A stretch of 50,364 nucleotides of DNA from a virus (lineage: Duplodnaviria; Heunggongvirae; Uroviricota; Caudoviricetes). Shown piece after piece: positions 1 through 8,798 of the stretch. The stretch's first letter is position 1, and the number at the start of each line of letters is the position of its first letter. A program made the position numbers and the translations under genes. The notes under the pieces are model-generated. The model had not been told where the DNA came from, did not search any database, and saw nothing but the letters and a program-made list of their open reading frames with translations. The stretch is from positions 1 to 50,364 of IMG/VR virus record IMGVR_UViG_2563366831_000011. One strand, given 5' to 3'.

Positions 1-933
1 ATGGACAACGACAAAATTGATCAACACAGCGACGAAATTGAAGTTGAGAGCGAAGAAAAAGAGCGCGGCAAAAAAATAGAAATAGATGAAGATCGACTCC
101 CCTCCCGGGCGATGGCAATTCATGAGCATATCCGCCAGGATGGTGAAAAAGAGCTGGAACGCGACGCAATGGCGCTACTGTGGTCAGCCATTGCGGCGGG
201 TCTGTCGATGGGCGCTTCGCTACTGGCAAAAGGGATATTTCATGTCGAACTGGAAGGAGTGCCAGGCAGCTTCTTACTGGAGAATCTCGGTTATACCTTT
301 GGTTTTATTATCGTCATTATGGCCCGCCAGCAATTATTTACCGAAAACACCGTGACTGCGGTACTACCCGTCATGCAAAAACCGACAATGAGCAACGTCG
401 GCTTACTTATGCGATTATGGGGCGTCGTGCTGCTGGGTAATATTCTCGGGACAGGTATTGCTGCATGGGCATTTGAATATATGCCTATCTTCAATGAAGA
501 AACTCGCGATGCATTTGTCAAAATCGGCATGGATGTGATGAAGAACACCCCCAGCGAGATGTTTGCCAACGCGATCATTTCCGGCTGGCTGATCGCCACT
601 ATGGTTTGGATGTTTCCTGCTGCGGGTGCGGCAAAGATTGTGGTGATTATATTGATGACCTGGCTTATTGCACTGGGTGACACCACCCACATCGTTGTCG
701 GTTCTGTTGAAATCCTCTATCTGGTGTTTAACGGCACGCTGCACTGGAGCGATTTCATCTGGCCCTTCGCACTACCTACTTTAGCGGGGAACATCTGCGG
801 CGGCACCTTTATCTTCGCGTTAATGAGTCATGCACAGATTCGTAACGACATGAGCAACAAGCGTAAAGCAGAAGCACGCCAAAAAGCAGAACGTGCGGAA
901 AACATTAAGAAAAATGATAAAAACCCAGCATAA
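1..933 (+). CDS. yfdC: Inner-membrane formate/nitrite transporter (FNT) family protein
   Basis: 310-aa ORF starting at window base 1; multiple hydrophobic segments; recognised from memory as E. coli YfdC, which lies next to argW. Confidence 0.8.
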   Translation: MDNDKIDQHSDEIEVESEEKERGKKIEIDEDRLPSRAMAIHEHIRQDGEKELERDAMALLWSAIAAGLSMGASLLAKGIFHVELEGVPGSFLLENLGYTFGFIIVIMARQQLFTENTVTAVLPVMQKPTMSNVGLLMRLWGVVLLGNILGTGIAAWAFEYMPIFNEETRDAFVKIGMDVMKNTPSEMFANAIISGWLIATMVWMFPAAGAAKIVVIILMTWLIALGDTTHIVVGSVEILYLVFNGTLHWSDFIWPFALPTLAGNICGGTFIFALMSHAQIRNDMSNKRKAEARQKAERAENIKKNDKNPA

Positions 934-1008
934 ATGGCGAGGGTTTAAGCAATCGAGCGGCAGCGTACTTACCCCGCAGTCCATTAGCGGGTATACTCAT
1001 GCCGCATT

Positions 1009-1083
1009 GTCCTCTTAGTTAAATGGATATAACGAGCCCCTCCTAAGGGCTAATTGCAGGTTCGATTCCTGCAGGGGACACCA
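1009..1083 (+). tRNA. argW: tRNA-Arg (anticodon CCU)
   Basis: 75-nt sequence GTCCTCTTAGTT...GGTTCGATTCCTGCAGGGGACACCA folds as a cloverleaf by eye; anticodon loop CT-CCT-AA; ends in CCA. Confidence 0.9.
1069..1083 (+). repeat. attL core: 15-bp direct repeat CTGCAGGGGACACCA (tRNA 3-prime end)
   Basis: Identical 15-mer recurs at 48661..48675; integrase lies immediately inside. Confidence 0.65.
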
Positions 1084-1178
1084 TTTATCAGTTCGCTCCC
1101 ATCCGTACCAGTCCGTAAAATCCCCTGAATATCAAGCCTTCCGTAGATTTACAGTTCGTCATGGTTCGCGTCAGATCG

Positions 1179-1244
1179 TTGACAGCCGCACTACATGACG
1201 GGTAAAAAGTGGATAAAATAATTTTACCCACCGGATTTTTACCC
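1179..1244 (+). promoter_or_regulatory. int upstream region with perfect TTGACA hexamer and three copies of 8-mer TTTTACCC (two direct, one inverted)
   Basis: TTGACA at 1179..1184; GGGTAAAA 1200..1207 inverted against TTTTACCC 1222..1229; TTTTACCC again at 1237..1244 directly before the int ATG; -10 element ambiguous. Confidence 0.35.
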
Positions 1245-2405
1245 ATGCTCACCGTTAAGCAGATTGAAGCAGCAAAGCCGAAAGAAAAACCATACCGCCT
1301 TCTCGATGGTAATGGACTGTACCTTTATGTCCCTGTATCCGGGAAAAAGGTATGGCAGCTTCGCTACAAGATTGACGGTAAGGAGAAAGTCCTAACCGTA
1401 GGAAAATATCCGCTAATGACTTTGCAGGAGGCAAGGGATAAGGCATGGACTGCGAGGAAAGACATCTCGGTTGGCATCGATCCGGTAAAGGCGAAAAAGG
1501 CTTCGTCTAACAACAATTCATTTAGTGCGATTTACAAGGAATGGTACGAGCACAAGAAGCAAGTCTGGTCAGTAGGCTATGCAAATGAACTTGCAAAAAT
1601 GTTTGATGACGACATTTTACCTATCATCGGCGGCCTTGAAATTCAGGATATTGAGCCGATGCAACTACTGGAAGTAATCCGCAGATTTGAAGATCGCGGT
1701 GCAATGGAGCGAGCCAACAAAGCCCGCAGAAGATGCGGCGAGGTTTTCCGTTACGCTATTGTCACCGGCAGGGCTAAATATAACCCGGCACCTGACCTTG
1801 CTGACGCCATGAAAGGATACCGCAAGAAGAACTTCCCGTTTCTTCCTGCAGACCAGATCCCGGCATTCAACAAAGCACTGGCAACATTTTCAGGAAGTAT
1901 CGTATCGCTCATTGCGACCAAAGTTTTACGCTACACAGCCCTAAGAACGAAAGAGCTTCGTTCCATGCTATGGAAGAACGTCGATTTTGAAAACAGGATT
2001 ATCACCATCGACGCCAGCGTGATGAAGGGACGCAAGATTCATGTGGTCCCGATGTCGGACCAGGTGGTTGAACTTCTCACTACGCTAAGCTCCATCACTA
2101 AACCAGTATCAGAGTTTGTTTTTGCCGGACGCAACGATAAGAAGAAGCCAATCTGCGAGAACGCGGTATTGCTTGTGATCAAACAAATCGGCTATGAGGG
2201 TCTGGAAAGCGGTCACGGATTCAGGCATGAATTCAGCACGATTATGAACGAGCACGAATGGCCTGCTGATGCTATTGAAGTGCAACTTGCACATGCCAAC
2301 GGCGGATCTGTGCGCGGAATTTACAACCATGCTCAGTATCTCGATAAGCGCAGAGAAATGATGCAGTGGTGGGCTGATTACATCGATGGTCGTGCAGGAG
2401 TGTAA
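1245..2405 (+). CDS. intS: Tyrosine recombinase, P4-type phage integrase
   Basis: 386 aa from MLTVKQIEAAKPKEKPYRLLDGNGLYLYV, the typical P4-type integrase N-terminus; adjacent to tRNA att site; the tracked ORF begins 12 codons upstream at 1209. Confidence 0.85.
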   Translation: MLTVKQIEAAKPKEKPYRLLDGNGLYLYVPVSGKKVWQLRYKIDGKEKVLTVGKYPLMTLQEARDKAWTARKDISVGIDPVKAKKASSNNNSFSAIYKEWYEHKKQVWSVGYANELAKMFDDDILPIIGGLEIQDIEPMQLLEVIRRFEDRGAMERANKARRRCGEVFRYAIVTGRAKYNPAPDLADAMKGYRKKNFPFLPADQIPAFNKALATFSGSIVSLIATKVLRYTALRTKELRSMLWKNVDFENRIITIDASVMKGRKIHVVPMSDQVVELLTTLSSITKPVSEFVFAGRNDKKKPICENAVLLVIKQIGYEGLESGHGFRHEFSTIMNEHEWPADAIEVQLAHANGGSVRGIYNHAQYLDKRREMMQWWADYIDGRAGV

Positions 2406-2409
2406 GCCA

Positions 2410-3441
2410 TTACGCGAATTCTTCCACGATCGCCATGCCAGTAGCACCATCACCACCGGTAAATGCCGCACCGGTAAACCCAAGGTCATACGCGCCACCA
2501 CCACCGGATCCGGGAGCTGCGCCAGCAATACCGGCCTGAGAACCCGCCCGGCCACCGCCGCCAAAATACGACGCCCCGCCGTTGCCCGTCAGAAGGCTTG
2601 AGCCTGTCTGTCCATCTGAGCCGGTACCACCGTTGATCCTGATATCTCCGGTCGCCGCCGTACCTCCGGCGCCGCCGGCGGTATTGGACACGCCTGACTT
2701 CACGCCGCCTTTCCCGCCAGGAGCTGAGAACAGGCTGGCAAACGAGGTGGCCCCACCATCTGCACCACTTACTGCGCCAACTCCGCCCTTACCACCCTTG
2801 CCGACAGTAATCGCATAAGAACTGGCAGCAGACAGGTCAACCCATACGATAATGGTCGCGCCCGCGCCGCCGCCAGCACCGGAGAAGGTTTCTGTATTGT
2901 TGTAGGCCTGGCAGCCGCCACCGCCGCCACCGGCACCTGTCAACGTTACTTTTGCATAACGGGCCAGAGGAGATCGCGTATAGGTTCCGTTTGCATAGAA
3001 AGCTTTTGGAGCGCCAAGTGAACGCCCGACAAAACCAGAGGAATCAGATATTCCGAGGTTATAACGGGCTTCATTTACCGCATCCTCACCGGCATCTTTA
3101 ATTTCTGACAGGTTATTGCTGATCTGCAGGAACGATAACAATGATCCGGCTGTCATTAAATTCGCGACAATGTCATTCGTTGACCATACGCGTGCCGTTG
3201 TTCCTTCCTGACCACGAATTACTGTCATCACGTCACCGGATACAGACGTTACGTGCATAATTTCAGAAATTGTTTTCGTGGCCGCGTCGGTTATCGTTAA
3301 TTTGAAATAACTCTGCCCAGATACAGGAGAAGGGAATAAAGCCCCCGCTCCAGTTCCCACGGTAATAACGGTAGCGGACGCACTAATACCCGCAGCGAGA
3401 ACACTCTTTGCGTTATTATTGGCTAATAGCTTCAGCGCCAT
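2410..3441 (-). CDS. Tail fibre protein with glycine-rich C-terminal domain
   Basis: 343 aa; C-terminal half is a Gly-rich repeat domain (GGGGGGCQAY...GGKGGVGAVSGADGG...AYDLGFTG) paralogous to the C-terminus of the 6914..8209 product. Confidence 0.7.
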   Translation of the reverse strand: MALKLLANNNAKSVLAAGISASATVITVGTGAGALFPSPVSGQSYFKLTITDAATKTISEIMHVTSVSGDVMTVIRGQEGTTARVWSTNDIVANLMTAGSLLSFLQISNNLSEIKDAGEDAVNEARYNLGISDSSGFVGRSLGAPKAFYANGTYTRSPLARYAKVTLTGAGGGGGGCQAYNNTETFSGAGGGAGATIIVWVDLSAASSYAITVGKGGKGGVGAVSGADGGATSFASLFSAPGGKGGVKSGVSNTAGGAGGTAATGDIRINGGTGSDGQTGSSLLTGNGGASYFGGGGRAGSQAGIAGAAPGSGGGGAYDLGFTGAAFTGGDGATGMAIVEEFA

Positions 3442-3452
3442 ATATACCCCAG

Positions 3453-3770
3453 TTAAATAATAGAATTATCAGAACGAACATCGCAGATAGTAAATGTCAC
3501 GACGCCGATGACAGTAACATCGTCCAGGGCTTCACCCTCGATCACTTCGCCATCTTCGGTAATAAGTGATCTTCCTCTCAGCTTGGCAAGCTCCGTCCCG
3601 CCGCCATGCTGTATAAGCAGTTGGCTACCCTGCTTTGGCTTCAGGGAGATATCTAGTACAACGTAACCACCAGATCGCTCGAAAACTAGCGTGTTTGGGC
3701 CGACATTGCAGATCGAGTTAACAGACAACCTTTGCTCGACGTAGTCCGTCGCTGGTGAAGGGAATCCCAT
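3453..3770 (-). CDS. Hypothetical protein, second gene of an SOS-box operon
   Basis: 105 aa from the internal start MGFPSP; its ATG overlaps the upstream stop as TAATG (translational coupling); no family recognised. Confidence 0.5.
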   Translation of the reverse strand: MGFPSPATDYVEQRLSVNSICNVGPNTLVFERSGGYVVLDISLKPKQGSQLLIQHGGGTELAKLRGRSLITEDGEVIEGEALDDVTVIGVVTFTICDVRSDNSII

Positions 3771-4009
3771 TAGATCACCCTCCCCATGTTGGCCATCATC
3801 CACAGGCGGTTTTCACTATGCTCTGCCGTTTTATCGATGAAGTAAGACTGCTCGCGAGCGATCCAGGCGTTAGCCTCCACCTCGGAAAAGTGAATGCTAC
3901 GCCGGCGCAGCGCGGTAATGAAGTCGCGGGTGTGAAGGTACTGGAACCCCTTAGAACTGCGCAATACCGACTCGCGGAATGCCTGATTGATGTCTGACTG
4001 TCGATGCAT
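3770..4009 (-). CDS. Hypothetical protein, first gene of an SOS-box operon
   Basis: 79 aa from MHRQSD; GGAGG Shine-Dalgarno 7 nt upstream of the ATG; LexA box immediately upstream. Confidence 0.5.
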   Translation of the reverse strand: MHRQSDINQAFRESVLRSSKGFQYLHTRDFITALRRRSIHFSEVEANAWIAREQSYFIDKTAEHSENRLWMMANMGRVI

Positions 4010-4026
4010 GTCTTCCCTCCGATAAA

Positions 4027-4046
4027 TACTGTTTTTATATACAGTA
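4027..4046 (-). promoter_or_regulatory. LexA (SOS) box TACTGTTTTTATATACAGTA
   Basis: Matches the CTGT-N8-ACAG consensus with flanking TA/TA; sits 18 nt upstream of the 3770..4009 start codon, overlapping the likely -10. Confidence 0.6.
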
Positions 4047-4080
4047 GTTTTATTAGAAGGGAAGCTCAAGTGGTTGACAA

Positions 4081-4758
4081 TCAGTTGCCGTACTGGTCTC
4101 TATAGTATGATTTTATTTGTGAAATTTCTGATGTTGTCTTCGAAGTTGAAAAGATAAGAACTTCCGCATAGTTAACGTTATTCGCGGCAGTCGCCGCCAG
4201 CGTTAGCGGAGCATTCTGGTAGGTAATAGACGATGCCGCGGCTACGGTTATGGTCGCGTCGTTGACATACACCGTCTCGGTGTCAGTTATCGGGTCGTAG
4301 TTCACGATCACAAGATCAATGCCTGTGGATAAGGTCACCCCTCCCTGCTGGGTTGATGACCCTGTTTTGTAATAGTAGAGCTTGTTATCTGTCTGTGCCT
4401 GTAGCCGCAGATGGGGCCCCGCGATTAAAAAGGTAGCTTGTGTGGTGTTATCTCGCTTGAAAGCGAAGGCGTAGCAATAGCCGTTTTCCGCTGTAGCAGG
4501 GTAGACATTCTCAGATGTGACGCCGCCATTTGCGGTTAGCGCACTTTTCATCGTCTTGATTCCGTTCAGCGTCGACGCTGAGATTGCAGAACCTAATGCA
4601 ATATTCATATCGCCAGCGCGGTCTGCAAGAGTTGATACTCGCCAGTCAAAATAGTGCGAAGGGTTCCACCTGGCTGTTTTATCATCGCGCTCGGTATAGG
4701 TGGACTGAATACCGCTATTAACGGCGTTTGGAACCTGTAAAAAAGTACAAATTGCCAT
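4081..4758 (-). CDS. Hypothetical tail-fibre-associated protein
   Basis: 225 aa; AAGGA SD; directly downstream of the tailspike gene on the same strand; Ser/Thr/Asn-rich, beta-rich appearance. Confidence 0.5.
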   Translation of the reverse strand: MAICTFLQVPNAVNSGIQSTYTERDDKTARWNPSHYFDWRVSTLADRAGDMNIALGSAISASTLNGIKTMKSALTANGGVTSENVYPATAENGYCYAFAFKRDNTTQATFLIAGPHLRLQAQTDNKLYYYKTGSSTQQGGVTLSTGIDLVIVNYDPITDTETVYVNDATITVAAASSITYQNAPLTLAATAANNVNYAEVLIFSTSKTTSEISQIKSYYRDQYGN

Positions 4759-4769
4759 GGGTGTATTCC

Positions 4770-6899
4770 TTATTTTCTTAGGGATTGTACGGCGTAGTTC
4801 AGCAGTACTCGTTTTGCCTGATACGCGCCGATAATTCTGGCACCTCTGGCGTTAGGATGTGGGTCTGCGGGATTTGTTGTCGAATATGCATAGCCGTTCT
4901 GAAATGCAAAATTAGAATTCTTTATGAGGTCTCTTACATTGAATCCCAGCATTTTATAGGTTGACTGGATATTATCAAAAACGCTCTCACGCTTAATGTG
5001 ATTGTCGCTATACCAGCGCTCAAGGAAAATAGGCAATTTAGGAATCGCTGATTGAACACGTTCAACTATTGCACTATATCCGTTGAGAAAATCTGTGTCA
5101 GAAAGAGCATAATCATTTTCCCCAAGATTAATAAACGCGACATCCGGCTGAAAATATTGTATCCAGTATTGCTGATAAGACGCTGTTTGATTCAGGTAAT
5201 ACTGAAATGTTGCACCTCCTCTTGCGTAACGAATGACTCTGACGCCGCCAGCAGAGTTGATGCAATTGAAGCTGATCAGGGCAGGATAGCCTGCCTGACC
5301 AGATGCGGGAGGTTCAATTTCCAGGGCGAATCGACCTGAGTTCGGCCCCAGACCCTCCACCCTAACGATTGTTATCGTTTCGCTACCCTCAGGGTTATTC
5401 GGTATTGTGGCTGTTTGCCATTCCCCTGAACCCGCCGGGCCGGTGGAACCATCGTCATTCCTGTCGGTTGCACGGAACCGGAACTGACTAGATGTTCCGG
5501 CGTCTCCGGTACCAGTAAAACCGACCTCGACAACGTCGTGCTGATAAATGGGGTTGCTGCGGGCCGAATCTTTTACGCGAAAAAACAGGTTAGTTCGTCC
5601 AGCCCACGGTACTAGAGCAAAACTCAATGGTGCACATTTTTTCCCATAGGTCTGGTTATCGACCCAGCCAGTATAAACTAACTCCATATTCAGCAGATCT
5701 CTTGACGCTGTGTTATCGTTTGACGGTGCAAAATAACCGATACCCCCATGCCCAAGATTTGCTGCAAAAAGGCTGTACATAGCGTCAATGGCACCCAATC
5801 CCCCTGTGCCTGCAGTGAGAGAGTCACCCTGACAAAAAATAGTTAGATATCCTCCTGTGTATGCCCTTTCCTGCATCGCGATCATGTAATCAAGAAGACC
5901 AGTCTCTGGCAAGCTTGATGCAGCCTGAGAACCTCCTGACCCCGGCAATAGCAATTGGTCGTCGCTTCCGAGAATAGCGAATGGCGAAGATGAGTAGCCC
6001 TTTAAAATAGAACATCCGGCATCTTCTAAAGAATCAGTAGTTAAAAAAGATGCCATCTGGTTATCGCTTCCCATTACAGATAATGGCTTGCCTGGGATAC
6101 CGTAACCATATTTGATATCTGCCCCAGCATCGCGCATTCTGTCGCTATCATTGCCGTATTCAAGGACCTGATAATCAGTGCCTATGATTACGAATTTTTC
6201 ATCTCCGTATCCACTAAGAAATCTTACCCCTGCAAATATCCACGTTGAGGGCATCTGACGTCCGGTAGGCTGCAGCGTTCCGTCAACGTTTACTACCTCA
6301 ATAGCGAGCGTGTCGTCATTGTCAGTGCGATAATAAGCATTTGACCCAACAGGAATATTTCCAGCGTCTGCATCTGCCTGCGCCGCAGCCAGCGTCGGAA
6401 ACTCGCGGATTGTCCCTGTTATGGCCGCTGTACCCGGCTGCTTTGCCTGCAATACGGCCACGCCTGCTTTGTTTTGATACTGCCATGCAGCAGAAAGCGC
6501 ATCTGGACCTTGGGCTACCCAGAATGACTGCCCTTCAGTCGTTGCGGCCAGCCCGGCAATAGTGCCATCAGGATCGCTTGAGGTTTTATAGAATGTGAAC
6601 TTATTCCGTGCATATTCAGAGGCATCATTCTTGTACTCTTCAGCCTGCGCAGCTGAACCTGCGGCTGCCGTTGCCGATTCGGATGAGGCAGCGGCCGAAG
6701 TAGCAGCACTTTGTTCGGCCGTTTCTGCTGAGTTCTTGGCAGCTTCAGCCGCAGTTGCAGCATTAATCGCTTCCTGAGTGGTGGCGCTAATATCCTGATA
6801 GCCCTGCTGGACCTCGATCAGGTACTGCTTTGCCTCTGCGGCACTCACGGACGCCTCTGCCGCGAACTGTGCCGTTTGCTGTGTGTCGGTAGTCGCCAT
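4770..6899 (-). CDS. Tailspike/tail fibre with C-terminal SGNH (GDSL-like) esterase domain
   Basis: 709 aa from MATTDTQ (AGGAAA SD; tracked ORF extends to a GTG at 6920); Ala-rich N-terminus; SGNH blocks visible: FCQGDSLTAG (block I), FINLGENDYA (block III), PADPHPNARG (block V). Confidence 0.7.
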   Translation of the reverse strand: MATTDTQQTAQFAAEASVSAAEAKQYLIEVQQGYQDISATTQEAINAATAAEAAKNSAETAEQSAATSAAASSESATAAAGSAAQAEEYKNDASEYARNKFTFYKTSSDPDGTIAGLAATTEGQSFWVAQGPDALSAAWQYQNKAGVAVLQAKQPGTAAITGTIREFPTLAAAQADADAGNIPVGSNAYYRTDNDDTLAIEVVNVDGTLQPTGRQMPSTWIFAGVRFLSGYGDEKFVIIGTDYQVLEYGNDSDRMRDAGADIKYGYGIPGKPLSVMGSDNQMASFLTTDSLEDAGCSILKGYSSSPFAILGSDDQLLLPGSGGSQAASSLPETGLLDYMIAMQERAYTGGYLTIFCQGDSLTAGTGGLGAIDAMYSLFAANLGHGGIGYFAPSNDNTASRDLLNMELVYTGWVDNQTYGKKCAPLSFALVPWAGRTNLFFRVKDSARSNPIYQHDVVEVGFTGTGDAGTSSQFRFRATDRNDDGSTGPAGSGEWQTATIPNNPEGSETITIVRVEGLGPNSGRFALEIEPPASGQAGYPALISFNCINSAGGVRVIRYARGGATFQYYLNQTASYQQYWIQYFQPDVAFINLGENDYALSDTDFLNGYSAIVERVQSAIPKLPIFLERWYSDNHIKRESVFDNIQSTYKMLGFNVRDLIKNSNFAFQNGYAYSTTNPADPHPNARGARIIGAYQAKRVLLNYAVQSLRK

Positions 6900-6913
6900 A
6901 ATTTTTCCTGTTA

Positions 6914-8209
6914 TTACCACTCGATATGCACAATGCCATCGGCGCCATCGCCGGACGGGTAAGCTATTCCGCTGAAATCAATATCGTAAGCACCACCACC
7001 GCCAGAGCCTGCTGCTTTCCCTTTCACACCGCCGGTTGCGCCGCTGCGTCCTCCGCCACCCCAGAACGAAGCCCCGCCAGAACCGGTAAGCATGTTGGTC
7101 GCAGCCTGGCCGTCATGACCAGTGCCACCCTGAATGTTGATATCGCCACCTGACGCAACACCGCCATCACCACCGGCGCTGTTCACGATGCTGGCCTTGT
7201 TGGATTTTTTTCCACCGCGGCCGAAGATGATCCCACCCAAAGAAGAGTCACCGCCGTCATTGCCCGATACGGCACCTAAAACCGCTGCACCGCCTTTGCC
7301 GACGACAACGGATAAGGTCGTTCCCGGGACAACGTCCAGCCAGCCTAAAGCTGTACCGCCAGCCCCGCCACCGCCACCGCTATAGGACTCACTTGAGGAG
7401 GACGCCTGACAACCGCTTCCGGATCCGCCTGCACCCGTCACGGTGTAACGAATGCGCGTCACCCCTGCAGGCACGACGAACGAATACGTCCCGTTGACTG
7501 CGTAAGCGATGTTTCCGTGAGGCTTCGAAAGGGAGGTTACGTTGGTTCCATCGGAGTGGATTTGCGTAACCGTTCCTGGCTTGCTGACAACTGTTGCGCC
7601 CGCCGCCCTGGTACTTAACTGAACGTAGTAAGCGCTGCCGGTGCAGTTATTTTCGATGGTCCAGTCTTTCACCCATGGAGGGAGATATAGGATCCGGTTA
7701 CCAGTTAGCGCGCCGGTGAGAATTAGCCGTGGGTTAGCAGCCTGCAGATCGGTGGCGTTAACGTTAGCCGTCGATATTGAAATGCTGGCCGCTCCGCATC
7801 CCCATGAAGGCATCCAGCCAGATGCCGTTGCATCGGTTTTTTCCGGTGCGGTGTTATTGGAGTCAATGGTGTTGAGCCACGACACCGAGTAATCGCTGGA
7901 AGGGATCACCGCACCTTTAGGGTAGCCTGAAATTGCTGTTCTGAAATCTGCGTTAAAGGGGTACCCCATCCCGGCATCCGACCATTGCAGGCGAGTGTAA
8001 AGATCATTAAAAATGCCGTTAAAGTCCTGACCCTTTGGCGGCTTACCGCCGGCAGAAAGTGCGATACGGGTCAGCGGCGGGAAACCGGAATCCATAGCCG
8101 CCAGGCCGTCGGCCAGCGTTTCAGAGGTGGAATTGACCGGGATCGTGTTTTTGTCGCCGCTCGCAGAAAATACAACCGTCAGACGTGACGGTATGGCTGA
8201 ATTATTCAA
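6914..8209 (-). CDS. Tail fibre protein with glycine-rich C-terminal domain
   Basis: 431 aa; C-terminal Gly-rich domain (GGGGGAGGTALGW...GGKGG...AYDIDFSG) paralogous to 2410..3441; follows the baseplate I-like gene. Confidence 0.7.
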   Translation of the reverse strand: MNNSAIPSRLTVVFSASGDKNTIPVNSTSETLADGLAAMDSGFPPLTRIALSAGGKPPKGQDFNGIFNDLYTRLQWSDAGMGYPFNADFRTAISGYPKGAVIPSSDYSVSWLNTIDSNNTAPEKTDATASGWMPSWGCGAASISISTANVNATDLQAANPRLILTGALTGNRILYLPPWVKDWTIENNCTGSAYYVQLSTRAAGATVVSKPGTVTQIHSDGTNVTSLSKPHGNIAYAVNGTYSFVVPAGVTRIRYTVTGAGGSGSGCQASSSSESYSGGGGGAGGTALGWLDVVPGTTLSVVVGKGGAAVLGAVSGNDGGDSSLGGIIFGRGGKKSNKASIVNSAGGDGGVASGGDINIQGGTGHDGQAATNMLTGSGGASFWGGGGRSGATGGVKGKAAGSGGGGAYDIDFSGIAYPSGDGADGIVHIEW

Positions 8210-8210
8210 T

Positions 8211-8798
8211 TCAGACCTCCTGAACGATGTTAACTTTTACCCCGGGAGGGGAAGGAAGCGCGCCGGAGCTTTGCACTATGGCCAGCTCAGATTCGGAAAG
8301 CTGGAACTCGAATACGTAGCTCATGACATGGTTTCCATCGTCACGCACGTAAGCTCGCCCACTGGCTCCGAACATGTACATCAGCATGCGATTCATGACC
8401 GGCACGGTGCAGTCGCTGATTTTCGCCATCGCTTTGCACATGATCAGCTTGCGGTATGCCTCATTGGTCAGGACGACAGTATTCGTGTCCTGTACGCCGG
8501 TATAGAAAGGTGCCTGGTTAAAGGGTTGCGGGTCGGTGAGTTCTGCCGGGGTACTGGTCGCTTCGCCAAACCCCAGAAACTGCTGGGATGGCGTCACAGT
8601 CAGCAAGCGCTCTACATCAACGATTTTACCCCAGCACATCAGCCCGTAATCACCACAGGTCTCGATGTTGAATACGAGGTCATAGAACGTGTCTATCCAG
8701 TCCTCTGGCGCTACAGAAGCGTTAAATGTGTCAATCAGTGACCGCAGGCTGGTTGAGTTCACGTACTGCGCGTAGATCGTCCAGTCGACATTATTCAC
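8211..8798 (-). CDS. Baseplate/tail protein (P2 gpI-like position)
   Basis: 195 aa; between the baseplate J-like gene and a tail fibre gene, overlapping the J stop by 8 nt. Confidence 0.5.
   Translation of the reverse strand: MNNVDWTIYAQYVNSTSLRSLIDTFNASVAPEDWIDTFYDLVFNIETCGDYGLMCWGKIVDVERLLTVTPSQQFLGFGEATSTPAELTDPQPFNQAPFYTGVQDTNTVVLTNEAYRKLIMCKAMAKISDCTVPVMNRMLMYMFGASGRAYVRDDGNHVMSYVFEFQLSESELAIVQSSGALPSPPGVKVNIVQEV

Noticed and set aside
86-744. Internal and antisense ORFs within yfdC
   Set aside because: Overlap the full-length transporter ORF, which has coherent membrane-protein features.
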